A stretch of DNA of 61,260 bases, the filler included, from Sphacelaria rigidula (Eukaryota), in NCBI GenBank assembly GCA_964200075.2. It is 7 parts of 7 records of this genome, joined end to end, with 100 filler letters (N's around TTAATTAATTAA, not from the genome) between each part and the next. Parts side by side here need not be neighbours in the genome. Positions count along the whole stretch, not along the records: positions 35,065 to 43,730 come from CAXNAA020010452.1; positions 43,831 to 52,495 come from CAXNAA020010453.1; 5 more parts are not named here. The stretch is one strand, 5' to 3'. The position numbers and the translations under genes are program-made. Shown here one piece after another: positions 36,801 to 50,180 of the stretch. The notes under the pieces are model-generated. The model saw only the letters and a list, made by a program, of their open reading frames with translations, did no database searches and was not told where the DNA came from. Position 1 is the stretch's first letter. The number at the start of each line of letters is the position of its first letter.

Positions 36801-37684
36801 TTACCAGTTTGAAGGATAACACTGACATACACGTTTTTGATGAACACGAAGAAGAAAACACTTCACCGGATATATTCTTGCTGAAGTATTTCCCAGAAAA
36901 TACTCATCATATTTGGGGCAACAGCCGCACAAGCGTTCCCTGTTAGCAAGGCGAATTAAAACCGCAAATACCGTCAGCGATACAGTGTAACTCCTACTGA
37001 TCATCCACCTTCCGCGTGGAATCAACGTTGCCGAATCGCACACGCAGCGCCAGCCAGGTGAACGACCTTGTACTCAGTACAAAGCAACATATGTGCAGCG
37101 CCAGAACGACCGCCATCCCACAACGCCCAAGTGTCCACCCTCACGAAGCATCAAAGGGAAACACTCGTGATCTAAACTTGACAGCCATCGCGGCCACAAA
37201 TATGTACAGCACCCGAACGCCCACAATACTAGACACATCAACGTATAAGAAATAGCACATTTATCACCAGTTCAAAGAATGATACTGACAACACCCTTTC
37301 GACAAACACAAAGAAAAAACCACTTCACCGAAGTTTTTTTTTGCCGTAAAATTTCCCAGATAATACCCATCATGTTTGGGGCAACAGCCGCACAAGCGTT
37401 CCCTGTTAGCAAGACGAATTAAAACCGAAAATACCGTCAGCGATACAGTGTAACTCCTGCCGATCATCCACCTTTCGCGTGGAATCAACGTTGCCGAATC
37501 GCACACACAGCGCCAGCCAGGTGAACGACCTTGTACTCAGTACAAAGTAACTTATGTGCAGCGCCAGAACGACCGCCATCCCACAACGCCCAAGTGTCCA
37601 CCCTCACGAAACATTAAAGGGATACACTCGTGATCTAAACTTGACAGCCGTTGCGGCCACAAATATGTACAGCACCCGAACGCC
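36801..37684. repeat. Tandem duplication, period ~463 bp
   Basis: 36801-37220 versus 37264-37684; the near-identical paired ORFs MCDSATLIP... confirm the offset. Confidence 0.92.
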
Positions 37685-38884
37685 TATACATTAAGCCAAA
37701 ACTGAACAACACAGAACGCGCACATCGAAGTACAAGAATCAACACTGTTTTTTTTTCTTTTTTTAACTTTTCAACATTATTTTTCGTAAGAAAAAATAGC
37801 ACCTAGGTGGACGGGATAAATGCGCAGTCGTACTGGTCCGCTAAAATCCACCTTCGCTTCGAGAAATACAAAGCATTCACCGAAACGCACACGTGCTTCA
37901 TGACCACACTTTTACTAGAGACAAATAGTCCACATGTGTCCGTACACGTTCAGATGATCACAACTCACACCACAATATTCTCATAGGGTGGAAACATGTA
38001 CACCACTTGACACGCCTCGAGTCACGTACATCTATTTCACAAAAGGCGCCCGACTGCACGACGTGAAAATTGTGCACACTCTCACAAGGAGGAGAAAGGG
38101 GGAAATTACTGTGTGCTTCAATATACACAGACACCAGACTACTGCACACAGGCAAGCAACGGGGGGAAACGATAGAGGGAAAACATACATAGACGTAATT
38201 TTTGAAACACACAGACTAAGGCGAAATCTCTTCCGCCTAAACAAACCTTGCCACACTTCACTGTACACTAATCAACGCGTGCTCTCCTCTTTGGCACTTG
38301 ACTGCAGCATATACATATCGAGTGCTGGAAAGTACGTGTCACATACCAAGGCACGCCATCCTTTGCCGGCCCAAATCGCGTCACGAAGTCGCAAAAATCA
38401 CCCAGCCGTAACAGTAACACAAACTTGCTCATACAAAAACTCTCGCATCCATGGCCAAGACCATGCCAGCCAAAGCCGTCTTGTGCAAGTTCTTGCATCT
38501 ACCATCTACAGAGATATTGTACACCAGTTCGTGACCAGACAGTCTTGGCTGACACACTATTTATTGCTCCAGATACAACATCATGGGGAAAAACAGTTTT
38601 GGCCTGCATTATCCTGACCACGGACAGACACACTACAAGCACTCACGTTCAAGACCATCATGGTTGGCATGGCGTTGGCCATAGACATGGCGGCTTTACA
38701 CGAAAGAACCTTGGTCCATGCTATTGAAGACTTCCTCTGGGTAAGTTGTTGTTTCTATGGCAAACAGCGGGTCAGCCAGTTCTTTCTTGGAACCAACCTC
38801 CGTACTTGTGACCAACATCACGCGGCCAAACCTATTCCTTGTAATGAATGGTATACTGTACGACATACACAAAGAAACGCACGA

Positions 38885-38988
38885 CACACCGCACCACACC
38901 GCACCACACCGCACCACACCGCACCACACCACACCACACCACACCACACCACACCACACCACACCACACCACACCACACCACACCACA
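38885..38988 (+). repeat. (CACAC/CGCAC)n pentanucleotide microsatellite
   Basis: About 20 units. Confidence 0.95.
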
Positions 38989-41900
38989 TACATCACGATT
39001 GCACCACATCCCATGCCTGGCCGTCCTCAGCCGCGCGACAGCGACAGGTGTGTGCAAATAGTGCGCAACTCCGCCAACTACATATTAACACGCACACAAC
39101 ACACGTCATACACAAAAGTTTCGCGGCATGTTCTCGTCATGATTGAGTGATCACGAGCCACGGATAAACAAATAGGAAATACCTTCGAGACACCAAGGAT
39201 AAACTTCATAATGATGGAAGTCTTCGTTTTCAGAACCTTTATACCCAGGTGCGGACCAGCCGCAACGACTCCCGCACAGGAAGAACTTTCGGGTACCTAC
39301 TCCTCCGCTCCTCGAGTACCCTGTCCCAGTCACGACCCGCGGGATTGCGGGTGCGGGCGGAGAGGCCCCTCAACTCGCTCTCCACATCGTTGGGTAGAGC
39401 TCTGCCGCTAATGCCATCTCCCCTTCTAGCCCATAGCTGTTCCGTGACGCACCAGCGGTGCACGGACTCCAAACAAGGGCGCAGCTCACTATGCTTGTTG
39501 AGGATGGCCGCAAGTATTTCCACGACCTGATGTTGTTGTGGTCGGCGGCGTTTTTCATGCCGGGGAGAGCGGGGCAAAGGAGAGCGCAACACGGCATAGA
39601 TGAGGACGGGTAAACTTTCATGACATAGCGTTTGTTCGGTGTGGGGAGAATGTGTTGTCGACGTGTGTGTGCCACCTTCCCATGTATGTCTCATGAACCA
39701 TGCACACTCATTGCCCCCACCATGACCATTAGACACCATTGTGCCGGCTTCTACACCTGAGAAATCAGCAACAAAGTGGTGAACACCGGGATTAAACGCA
39801 GCGCCCACAGCAACAAGGACATGAAGCACGTATTTTCTTTTTCCGTTACACTTGCAACCCATGCCCTTCCTCGGAACGAGTCCGTGTCTGTCTCAAGGCA
39901 TCAACTCATCTATCCCCTGGTATACGCCCTACTTTTCGGCATTGCGAAGTGGATCAGTATTCCTGCCTCGCGTCGACCTCCGTGAAATAACGGACAGTTG
40001 CTACTACCCACGTCCTCACGTTTTCAACAGCGAAACACAGATACTAGTCAGGAAATACCCGAATGCATCCACCGGGAATCGGATCCGCATTATTCCAACC
40101 CTAATGGATCTCAGTCACGTGTTGTACCATGACACCATCGAGGTGCAGCGGCTATTGGCAGTGGATATCAGCACGCACGGGACTGTGTCTTAGACAGAAC
40201 GTGACACGAATAAATAGGGGTTTCCAAATGACGGAGGCTAGCTGCCCATGTAACTAACTGCCACTTTGGAGTTGCAGAGCATCAATGATCATTAGTGCGA
40301 AAACATACAAATATTGGATCTCAGACACGTAACTGTGTGAGCCAAGCACTCTGGACACACAAGTCAACCAGACATACAGTATTACGAGCCGAGGGCCGAT
40401 GGTGTGCAGTACCTTCCGCACACTCCCGCCCGCCCCCACCCCTTCCGGTGACCCATTTGACCTACCTTCTCTCCATGCAGGAGGTCCTCCTGTAACGGGA
40501 ACCAGCTAGGAGACAGAATCGTTGTGCTCAGATCGCTCAGTTTCACCTCTAACATCCCGTATTTCTCCTGCACATGAAAACAGTGCCGACCAACCCAATT
40601 GATCGACGCGCAGTGCGGGGCGGGGGATATGTGGTCAAAGATGATACAAGCTGCTTTTTGACCTCCTCTGCTACCACCACGCACGATGCACTGTGACAGT
40701 ACAACACAATATTCATGTGCGGCTCGGTGCTACCGTAGTAGAGCGGTTGAGACGGTGCTGCCTCTTCTACAGCTAGAGTGATCGGGGGTCAACAAGCCAG
40801 GCTCGTCGTCTCCTCCCCCCTGTATCGTGGAGAAGGTTTTACTTACAATGCAAACGGAGGCAGTCCCCCACAAGGTTCTGGACGAGACCAAACACTCCTT
40901 CACAGTGGTTGGGCGTGGGCCAAGAATACTGCTCAGAGTCGTTTACCTTCCTGCTTTTGTTCCGTGCGGCACTGTATGCTTCTTCAAAGGATGAGTAGTG
41001 GACTGATGGGCATGAGACTTTAAGTGGACACGTACACCAGGTCAGCGCGAGAGTCGTCCCATCTCGAGGAATGAGTACTACAATAAAATAGCACCTATGT
41101 ATTCCCCCTGCCGCCCTTCCGGCTATTTTGCGGTATACAACCGAACGGAGGTACAAAACACGCCCCAAACCAACGATTCGGGGAAAAAAAAGAAGAAACA
41201 AAGGTATCGGTGCGAAAGACGGGAAAATGGATATATGAAGCATGACTCAATTCAGAAAAGTTCAGAAAGCCTAGCACTAAGAGGTAGCAGCCGACATGTG
41301 TGGCAAGGTACAATGCACGTAGGAAGACTTCAGAGCGAACGGGGGGAATCGATGCTCCACGTACAGGTGGTGCCACACTTCAACATTGCACATGAAACAC
41401 ATGACAACTGAAGGCTGATCTGTTCATTGCATATCAATCTAGACATTCTCCGTCGGTACCCCACACATCACCCTGTACTGCGCGACACTGGCAAGTATGG
41501 ACCAGTCTAATCCACCTACCGATCACGCTGCATATTGTCGTCCGATATCATTTTCGTGTGAAAGCTGTAGGCATACCATACGAGGGTTGACATTGTATCA
41601 AGAACATGTCATACAAACTCGACAAAGAGCTTGGCTCCCTTTTGTTCACTTGCATGTAATTATGCAGTACGAGTATACTATAGGACGACTAATTCGACCA
41701 CTTCGAGCCCCACGACTCATAGTCGTAGTCGTTGGACACGTGCTGGTAATCCTTTTTTCGCATTTAGTCGTAGGATTCCACGTTAGTCGTCGCCATTTCC
41801 CGAGTTTCGTCGTAAAAATCGGAAATCACGACTAGAGAGTTGTTGGTTGTTTGGGAAATTTACCCGAAAAATAACATCTCATCGTACTTCCTGTCATTGA

Positions 41901-42007
41901 AGGCGTCTCAAAACCGTACACTACTCCAACCTTCACCCAGAATTCGAACCCTCCCCACAGGAGAGGACGCCAAAAAATGGGTATACACTTTCTTCAGGGG
42001 GGGGGAG

Positions 42008-42350
42008 GGGATGCACTCATGATTTTGCATGCCCTAGTCATGAGACCATTGACTTCGCATCCCTACAGAGCATGCCGGGTTTTCGCCGGACCAGACTCGC
42101 GATCAATCACTGAGCGCGAAGCGCCGTCATGTGTTCGGTGAGTCGCATGAAGAGTTAGCTGCATCCTGCCAAGACTGTTCGGTCCGAAGCGCACTAAGTA
42201 ACCTGCATATGGATGACAGCCTCGACAAGTTGATATGTGTTTTTAGAAGCGCCACTTCCACAGACAGCCACAGGTTCCACACTGCTTCATGGGTCTCACT
42301 ATTCGAACAGCGCGTGGTATGATCATCCCCTTTGCACGGAGTTCAGGTTC
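42008..42350 (-). mobile_element. SINE-like family A, near full-length copy
   Basis: Reverse complement of 57333-57685. Confidence 0.75.
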
Positions 42351-42589
42351 TACCTCATGGGTGTCTCACTACTTGAACGCTGCGGAGTACGATCATCGCC
42401 TTCGCGCGGAGTTCAGGTTCTCCACCCCGCACAACATGATCTAACTCGACGACTATCATGGCTATCGCACAACAAGAAGCAAGCGACAAAAAACTGCAAC
42501 CTGGTTGCCAAGCTTGCGCAGTGAGTGGTGTGTTTCAGAGTGTCATTACCAACCGATGCCAACCCTCAAACGACACAAGGGGGGAGAGT

Positions 42590-43035
42590 ACGTTCACGCT
42601 TGCAACTAAAGAACCGTCTGCGTTTTTTGTTATTGTTTTGGGCATCGCTTTATTGACCGACTTCACGTGTAAACCCTCCTCGACAACTGGGAGCCTCCCG
42701 CTGCCGTGGAGATGTTTCATATCGCGAAGTCGAATGACGAGCAACTAAGAAATTGGCCCATCGCTCTAGAAGATGACGACGACGCTCTCGCCACCATCCG
42801 CGAGATCTAGGGTATTCTTGTTCACTTCGACACGGATCCTCATCCTTTAGAGCGATGGGTCAATCTTTAAGCTGCTCGTCATTCGCCTTCGCGATGTGAA
42901 ACACCCCCACGGCAGCGAGAGGCTTCACGTCGTCGAGGAGGGTCTACATGGAACATCATTCGATGAAGCCCACACCCCCCCCCCAACAAAATTGAATAAT
43001 CAACAGGCGGTTGTTCAGGTGCAAATCTGAACCAT
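42590..43035. repeat. Foldback inverted repeat (MITE-like)
   Basis: Core arms ccctcctcgac...cgctgccgtgg...atcgcgaag.cgaatgacgagca...cccatcgctcta (42674-42768) versus the inverse (42847-42943); more diverged outer arms; loop of about 70 bp. Confidence 0.8.
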
Positions 43036-43884
43036 CTTCCCCTTCAGAGAAGGAAAACGGTCTTATTTAGAGGTCGTAACGGGAACAGGACAGTCTACAG
43101 CAGGGTTACGCGAACAAAGGGGGAGGGGGGAGATTACAGCGTGCGATCAAGGTGCGGTAGTCCAAGGTGTTGCTTTATCTCGCAGCAATGAGTGCTCGTA
43201 CCTACCCCGTTGTAGTTGTAGTCTTTACGTAGAAAACCGCCCCGATATTTGCGCGGTGCTTTAAATCATCCGTTTTGGTCCATCTGATGCGAACGCCATC
43301 CGTGGTCACACGCTTACTACTCAAAAATGAGGTATACGGGAATCAAAGAAAAATGTATATAAAGTAGGGCCCACAGAAATTCACACAGGGGCGATTCAAA
43401 AATAACTTAATGATAATCCCAGAAAATCTGTTTCTGCGCAGGGGTGAAAGTTCTAGACGTAACCCTCTAGCACGATTGTGGGACGCTCACGACAAGAGGA
43501 AGCACGGGCAGCTCCTGTCTCCTACCGAGCACGAACTTCCGATAAAGAGAAGCCTGACGCCATTCCGTGTACTGCCATATTCCATCAAAGTTTTTCTCGC
43601 CAGCGAGGAAAATAATACATCACAGCAGTACATGTTGGATTTGCCTGCGACAAAGGTAGCTTCCAGGCGTTGAAACTATCATCTTGCCAGTTGAGTCGTT
43701 CACAGGGCTTTCAAAGTTACGCACGCTCCGNNNNNNNNNNNNNNNNNNNNNNNNNNNNNNNNNNNNNNNNNNNNTTAATTAATTAANNNNNNNNNNNNNN
43801 NNNNNNNNNNNNNNNNNNNNNNNNNNNNNNGTTTTAGGCTTGAACTTCATCTCGGAGGTAAACCTCAATCCGCACAATTTGTTG

Positions 43885-45718
43885 CTTGTTCCTGAAATCC
43901 CAACAAAATCATCTGCGAACATCAAATCTGATATCGCATCTTCACTCACCTTGAATCCTTGATTTGCTGCCTCTCTTGCTAGTATCAAGTCATCAATGAA
44001 AAGCTTAAATGAAGTGGGTGATAGCGTACATCCTTGTGCAACTGCTTGTAAAATATTGAAATATGTGGATATTTCCCCGTCTAGCATCATGGCACTTTTG
44101 GCACATTCTGTCATCTTCTTCACCATTCTCCACGTCTTTCCTCTGATCCCAGCTTCCCACAACTTCTTCCAACGCCCATTTCTCCATACTGTGTCATAAG
44201 CCTGTTGCACGCCCAGAAAGAAAGACTACGGTGTCAACCCGGCGTCTTTCCTACACCGAATAATCTTACCTAGTGTGTGCACATGATCTACGCAACTACG
44301 GTTGGTCTGAAACCTGCTTGCCCCTCGCTGATTTTTTCGTCCTCTTCCAACACCGTTCCTACTCTATCGTTCAGAATCTTACAGAATGTTTTCCCTACCG
44401 TGATCAGTAGCGTCATCCTTCTATAGTTTCCTGGGTCAGCCTTGTCTCCTTTTTTAAAAAGATCGACTAATACTTCTTCTCTCCACCTCTTGGGCGTGTA
44501 CTCGTTCTCCCATATCCAAATATACAGCATAACCATCATGGTATTCATTCCTCCACGCCCATGCTTCAGAAACCCATTCACTCTTCACCCATGCTTCAGA
44601 AATTCATTCACTCTTCCGTCTGCCCCGGCTGCCTTTCGTTCTTGAGTTTAGCTACGCACTCCTTTACTTCATCTCTGGAAAATTCTCTCTGCAATTCTTT
44701 CCACTCGCTATCCTCCCGTTTTGACGTCTCTATGTTTGCTTCTGCCCACTCGTTAATCTATTTTTCAAATTCCGTGTCGAACTTCGTGTTAGTTTTTGGT
44801 GTTCCTAGTTTACGGTAGTGCTTGACTAGCACTTCCCTCCTCCCCTTCGAGCTCTCGACCATTTTACCGTTTTGTGCCCGTAATGTGGCTATCCCGTTGT
44901 TGATCTTCCTTGCCTGGTTCCCCACAATCCCTTCTATCCCTACCCACATTTGTTTCATCCCGCCATCAAAATCTTTATTTGTTTTTCACACGGCATCTTC
45001 CCAAACCCCCTTCTTTTTCTGCTGTACCATATTTTTCACTTCCTTTCGAGCTTTAGTATACTCCTCCCACCCTACCGTACTTTTGATCGACATCCATCTC
45101 GCGTGGACCTTTCTCCTTACTCTGGTAGCCTCTTTTACTTCCTCATCCCACCAGTTGACTGCTCTGTTGCATACTATCAGTTCCCTCCCTTTGACTTTAC
45201 TCGCTGTGTTCTTGACCAGCTGCTCCCATCCTTCCACAATCTTCGCTCCTGCCGAGCACTGCTACGGTAGGGGTGCACTTTTTGCGCGGAATTTTGTCTA
45301 GTTCAGGGGCTCCCAACGATTCTACATTCACAGGAATATTGTTCAGGGCATCCCCGTTTGCAAATCCATTCGGGATATCCCCAGCATGTTGGAGTAGTAA
45401 TCCTGGCGTTCTCTCACATATTTTCATGAGTCGTGTTTCGCATGAGATGAACGGCTCCTAACAATTGTAACCTCAGAAAATATTTGTGCACCCCTACCGT
45501 AGCATCACTCTGCCCGGTTTCTTTCCATTTCGGTATCAACTGTATCTACGCGTTCCAATAGCTCGGAAAATTTCACTGCATCTTTTTCCATATCTTTTTC
45601 GAACTCTTGCCGTTTTTCTTCCATATCTAGTTTATCGATTCTCCATTTGTACAACTTCCTACCCCGCCTACTTCTTTAGCTCTAGTCTGTTGGCTTTCTG
45701 TCCATATCAGGCAGTGAC
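43885..45718 (-). mobile_element. Degenerate LINE (RTE/RTEX-like) ORF2: end of endonuclease plus reverse transcriptase
   Basis: HCLIWTE (SDH-equivalent), WWDEEVKEA, LFKKGDKADPGNYR, EGQAGFRP, AYDTVWR, VAQGCTLSP, MFADDFVG. Stops, frameshifts and a MITE insertion. Confidence 0.92.
45254..45510. mobile_element. MITE with GAG-initiated TIRs and 4-bp TSD (TGCC), Sola-like, inserted in the LINE
   Basis: GAGcacTGCTACGGTAGGGGTGCAC ... GTGCACCCCTACCGTAGCAtcaCTC, with TGCC at 45250-45253 and 45511-45514. Removing it restores the LINE frame EMERNRAGAKIVEGWEQ. Confidence 0.85.
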
Positions 45719-45914
45719 CTGTGGGAGTGTCAGGCGAAGAACGAAGCTCGACAGGCGCAGAAGAATCCTCTTTACCATGGGGGAACAAAGGGGTTACGGC
45801 TGTAGGCGTCATAGTACGGCCATATGTTGGGAGAAGACGCGTGATCAACTGTGATGAATATCGCGATGTGCGGTCAAAACGTGATCTGCATAAATAAATG
45901 TACCCTGATGGAAT

Positions 45915-46605
45915 TTAGAACGATATCATGTCGCTTCTGCGCGTGTGAAGGGAGAAAATAGTGAACTCAACACCTTTTACGAAGTAGACATCGGTCAACT
46001 GGACAGGAGAGTCTCTGGGGGGGACAGAAAGATCCAAAGATCCCATGTGGGATCGGAAATTCAGACGACCTACTGCCTTGACTGAGAATCTGGTCACGGC
46101 ACCATTCATGACATTCTCGATGCCTTGAGGAGGGGTTCGTAAAGAAAAAACGTGATCCGCATTTCCTCTGATGTGGTATGTAGCACCCGTATCAGCAATC
46201 CATTTCTCCGCACTATCACCCCTATACTCGATGCAGCCCCACTACGTAGCACATCATACCTACCCAAATCAAGACTACCAAGCCGAAGACGAGACTCGCC
46301 TTCGCGCTTGGAACGCGCCATAAACAGTTGTGGATGCTCCAACTGTTGTGACGCATCGACAGGAGGTGCTGAAGTCGAAGAGGGGGCTGCAGCTTGTTGG
46401 TGTTGTTGATGTGGGGTGTACTAGTGAGGAGGATAGTAATAAGGGTGTTGCTGGTGGTGGTGCGGTAGTGAATAGTATTGGAAAGGGGGTTGCTGGTAGT
46501 ACTGTCGCGAATCGGTGGTGAAGCACAGGTGGATATTTTGCTCTTACCGCAGGGTACGCATGAGGACGTACCTTGTAGAGGGTCGCCACAGAGTAGCCAC
46601 AAGAT
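45915..46605 (-). mobile_element. Ty1/Copia fragment: degenerate zinc knuckle plus aspartic protease
   Basis: WLLCGDPLQGTSSC (decayed CCHC); EKWIADTGATYH...V.AVGRL...VQLTDVYFVKGVEFTIFSL, a Copia-type protease. Confidence 0.8.
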
Positions 46606-48699
46606 ATCTACCTTGAGAAGGTAATCCTAAGGTGTGGCAAAGTGTTCACCTGTGAGGCCTAGGGGTGAAGGGTGCCAGTCTGTAGGCACCCGAGCACTAT
46701 CGGGCTCATGCACATTTGAGTACCAACGATTCGAACCGAGTTCGCGGTAAGCACATCATGATCAGCAGCGAAGAGGCCGCGGGTTGTTACGCAGGTGCTC
46801 CATCAGCACCCGCTGCTTGCGAGTCAGGCTTACTTTAGACGGAGATCAGTGACACCTCTGAGAAGCAGTCCTGTAGATGGCGTGAACTCTTCTTGTATTA
46901 TCGGTGATCAGGCTACTTACTGCTGTGCTAATTGAGATACTAGTCCCAAAAAGTTGTGAAGACATCAGGGTAGACAGTCGGATACCAAGCATGACAAAGC
47001 ATGACACATGGAACCTAGTCGACTGGAAAATGATCAACAAATTCTCAACAGTAGCTATAAAATTGGGGTGGCTGTTGTTGTTGATCGGCGTGATATGGAG
47101 GCGGGAGCTGTACGGAATGAGCGAATCCTGCGTTATCAAAGGTAGTGCCAACTCGTGAGACAATGTTGTCATCAGTGACAGAATTCTCGGATCGCTTTAC
47201 AAAATAGATTGTTCTGCTTTGCATCGCGCTTCCAATTTTCTTTTTTCCTTCTCCTTTGTTATGATGGAAAAGGAGCATGATGAAAAACCAGGCGCCGTTC
47301 TAATCTAGCAAAGCTAGGGTGAGAAACAAGTGATACCGAGACGGTAATACAGCACGCGAACAGACCAGCGACTTCACGGAGGGCGGCAGTTACGCGCAAG
47401 GGTGTACACGGTTTGAGAGAGCTCAGTATAAGTGCCGGTTGAAGAGAGGTAATAAAAGCTTGGCACACCACTCTCTTCAACCAAACCCTGGTTCATCTCA
47501 AACCGGACCAATTCTCTTGAACCGAACTTTCTTTTCTATTACCGGATCCGCCTCCAACCCCCCCGCTCTTTAACTGCACAGAGTACTGTAGCCCAAAAAA
47601 TAACATTTTAGTACGTTCGGCAGTTGAAACACACAAACACCTTCAAGCTCCACTGACTCCAAGCACGATGCCTTGCGCGGCGGGTATTACAACAGTGTTT
47701 TTACGGCAGTAATACAGCAGCGAGGTGCAACATGGCGGAGGTATCGTACCATCTTCGTAAGGCCAAGCTAGCCTGGATGAACGAGTTTGGGTCAGAACCC
47801 CACTTCTGTGCAGGCAAGAACACAGCATGCAGCACTACCACTGTTCACGCACTCTCCAGCAAACATCACACTGTGATCGTCGTAGAGTGTGTAGATACAC
47901 AACAGCACAGCGACGACTACAGCGAAGAAATAATGAATGTGGGAAGCGCCTTGTTCGTTTGACAGGAGTGTCTACTGTAGAGACCGCTGCGTGCCGACAT
48001 CATTATTTTTCGAAGCGAACGCCATGACAGAAGTAAAGCAACTCAGGCAGTCAGTCCCGGCGGAGACCAAGCCGTCTTCGAAAGGGCCTGGAGACACCAC
48101 AGCGCAGCGACAGCTACTGCGCAAGAGACAGCACATGAATGTGTTTGTGCTGTGGCATAGTGATACAAGACATGTCCCATGCGATAGTTCTTCCCCTGAT
48201 TTCGAATGGGCTCGATTTTTGGCAGAGAGGCGGTTTTCAAACGCTCGGCCAATATATTTCACCTTGAGTTATCTCCCTGCTTGCTGCTCTGCCTTGCCTG
48301 TTGCGGGATCGGATGATCAACGGTACGGTAGCTCCCTTGCGGGATTGGATGATACACCATCGTTGTACGACAATTTGTCTGCTGTCTGCTGTGCGGTATC
48401 TGTATGTACAGTAGGTTCTACGAGTTGTCTGCTGTCTGCTGTGCGTTATCTGTGTGTACAGTAGGTTCTAAAAAGCACAACACTGTAGGCGTGTTCAGGT
48501 TCTAAAAAGTAACACTGCAAACACTGCAGGACTGTGTTGTGTTCAGTGTACTACCCTGTACTCCATATAATGGGGTCACGTCTTTAACAGTTTTCGAAAA
48601 GTCCTGCTTATTTTTCGAAAAGTTCTGCTTGTTTTTTTAAAGTTCTCGAAACGTTCTGCTTGTTTTTATGTCACAGAAATCCAATGCCGAATCTGGAAT

Positions 48700-50180
48700 G
48701 GCCTGAGACAACAACCACTTTAAAATTAAAATTCGCATGACAGTGGGAGCTGCTGAAGGAGTAAGTACGGGGATGGTTTCCCCCGTGATGTGCGGAACGG
48801 TGTTCTGGGTTGAGACCCCGATTGCCTTGTCGGCGATCGAGATTTTTCCGCCCATCACCTCGTGCGTGGGAATCAATAACTCGATCAAAGTATTCATTAC
48901 AGTTGCGTAAATTGCGTGACGAGGGTTGGGGGGGGGAGTTGTGGTTTCGGTTGTGGTATCGGCGTGGAGGTGAAGATGTCGTTGCGTGTCGGTCTGAATA
49001 ATGACACCCACTACGATCCGACCCGCACTCTCGGTATTGATTGTGCGAGCGCGGTGTGTATCGCCGGTTGTTGTCGGATCGTCGGGTTTCGGAATGGTGA
49101 TTGTCTCGGTGGTGGCGATCGGTACTTTGGATGCGGGGGTGGATATCGGTGAGTACTCATTTGCGTGTCGTCTTCTGCCCCCCCGAGTCCCAGGTCGCCC
49201 GACCGATGCGTCACTGTGGGAAGGATCATCAACTGCGGCAGAAATAGCATATTTTTTCAGCGATTCTACCCTGCTCGAAGATAGTTCCAACTCAGCATGT
49301 GTTGTCTTCACTAAACGTTGAAAGGTTTCCGTGTCTATCTCGGACATCGCAAGAAACCTACCACGCTGGATTTCATAATATAAACACAGTCTGCGCGCGT
49401 AGTGCCTGTTGGTACTAAACTCCGAAATTATCGTACCATACTAATGTCTCTTGTGTCATATCAGGTTCGCCCTGCTCAGAAAACATGAAGGTGATTCCCC
49501 TGACTCCATATCTAAACTCGCCCACTCCTGTTCGAGGCGCGCTTTCTCAGCAGTGGGGGAGACGCTTCAGTACTGAACAAAGTAGTCCCACGCTTCGCCG
49601 GGTGAGTCAAGGATTGCCACATGCTCCACTATGTGGGGTGCAGTTATTTTTTCTAAGATAATGTCATAGGCTCGTTGAGCCTCTTCTACTGCCTCGTATC
49701 TGTGCTGTCTTTTTAACTCCTATTCCGGCTCATGAAACACGCGAATAGATGCCTGTACTAAAAGGGCATCATAACATTTACCAGCGCGGAAGTAACCACA
49801 CATCTGCAGGTGGAACACCCAAACCTTGGAGTCAAGGCTCTCCCCTGTCTTCAATGATCCGTCCCATGGGTAAATACTGTTATTGCTGCGTACCCGTACA
49901 ACGTTCGTGTGGGCTCGTTGTCCCTGCATGGAAACATATTGCCTAGTTCCGGGGAAAAGTCGTGGGTTGCTTCGATGATTTCTGTTGTTGACTGTACTAC
50001 AGTAGTCTGCGCAGGGTTGCCCCGCGCGCCTGCATAAAAATCCATGCTCCTCTCTCTCTCTCTTATACTCTGCAATCGCCTCACGTTCAGCGGCCTCTAT
50101 GAGTTCCGCCTGGTTTACTTCTATGAGCCGCAATTTCTCTGTTAACATTTCCTTTGTGCTTACTTACTTTGTCGTAGCCA
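48700..50180 (-). mobile_element. Ty1/Copia-like gag pseudogene
   Basis: ORFs 50148-49720 and 49347-48637 are in one frame, joined through internal stops: DSPGEAWDYFVQY*...EKARLEQEWASLDMESGESPSCFLSRA, a retrotransposon gag (UBN2-like) pattern. Confidence 0.7.

Noticed and set aside
38660..39150. His/Thr/Pro-rich and VVWCG-repeat ORFs
   Set aside because: They are translations of the (CACAC)n microsatellite.
45263..45501. TA-flanked mariner MITE
   Set aside because: The TIRs extend further to GAG/CTC with a TGCC duplication, and only that boundary restores the LINE frame.
46651..46854. Solo LTR (TGT...ACA)
   Set aside because: No matching TSD and no second copy in the window, so it is not listed as a feature.
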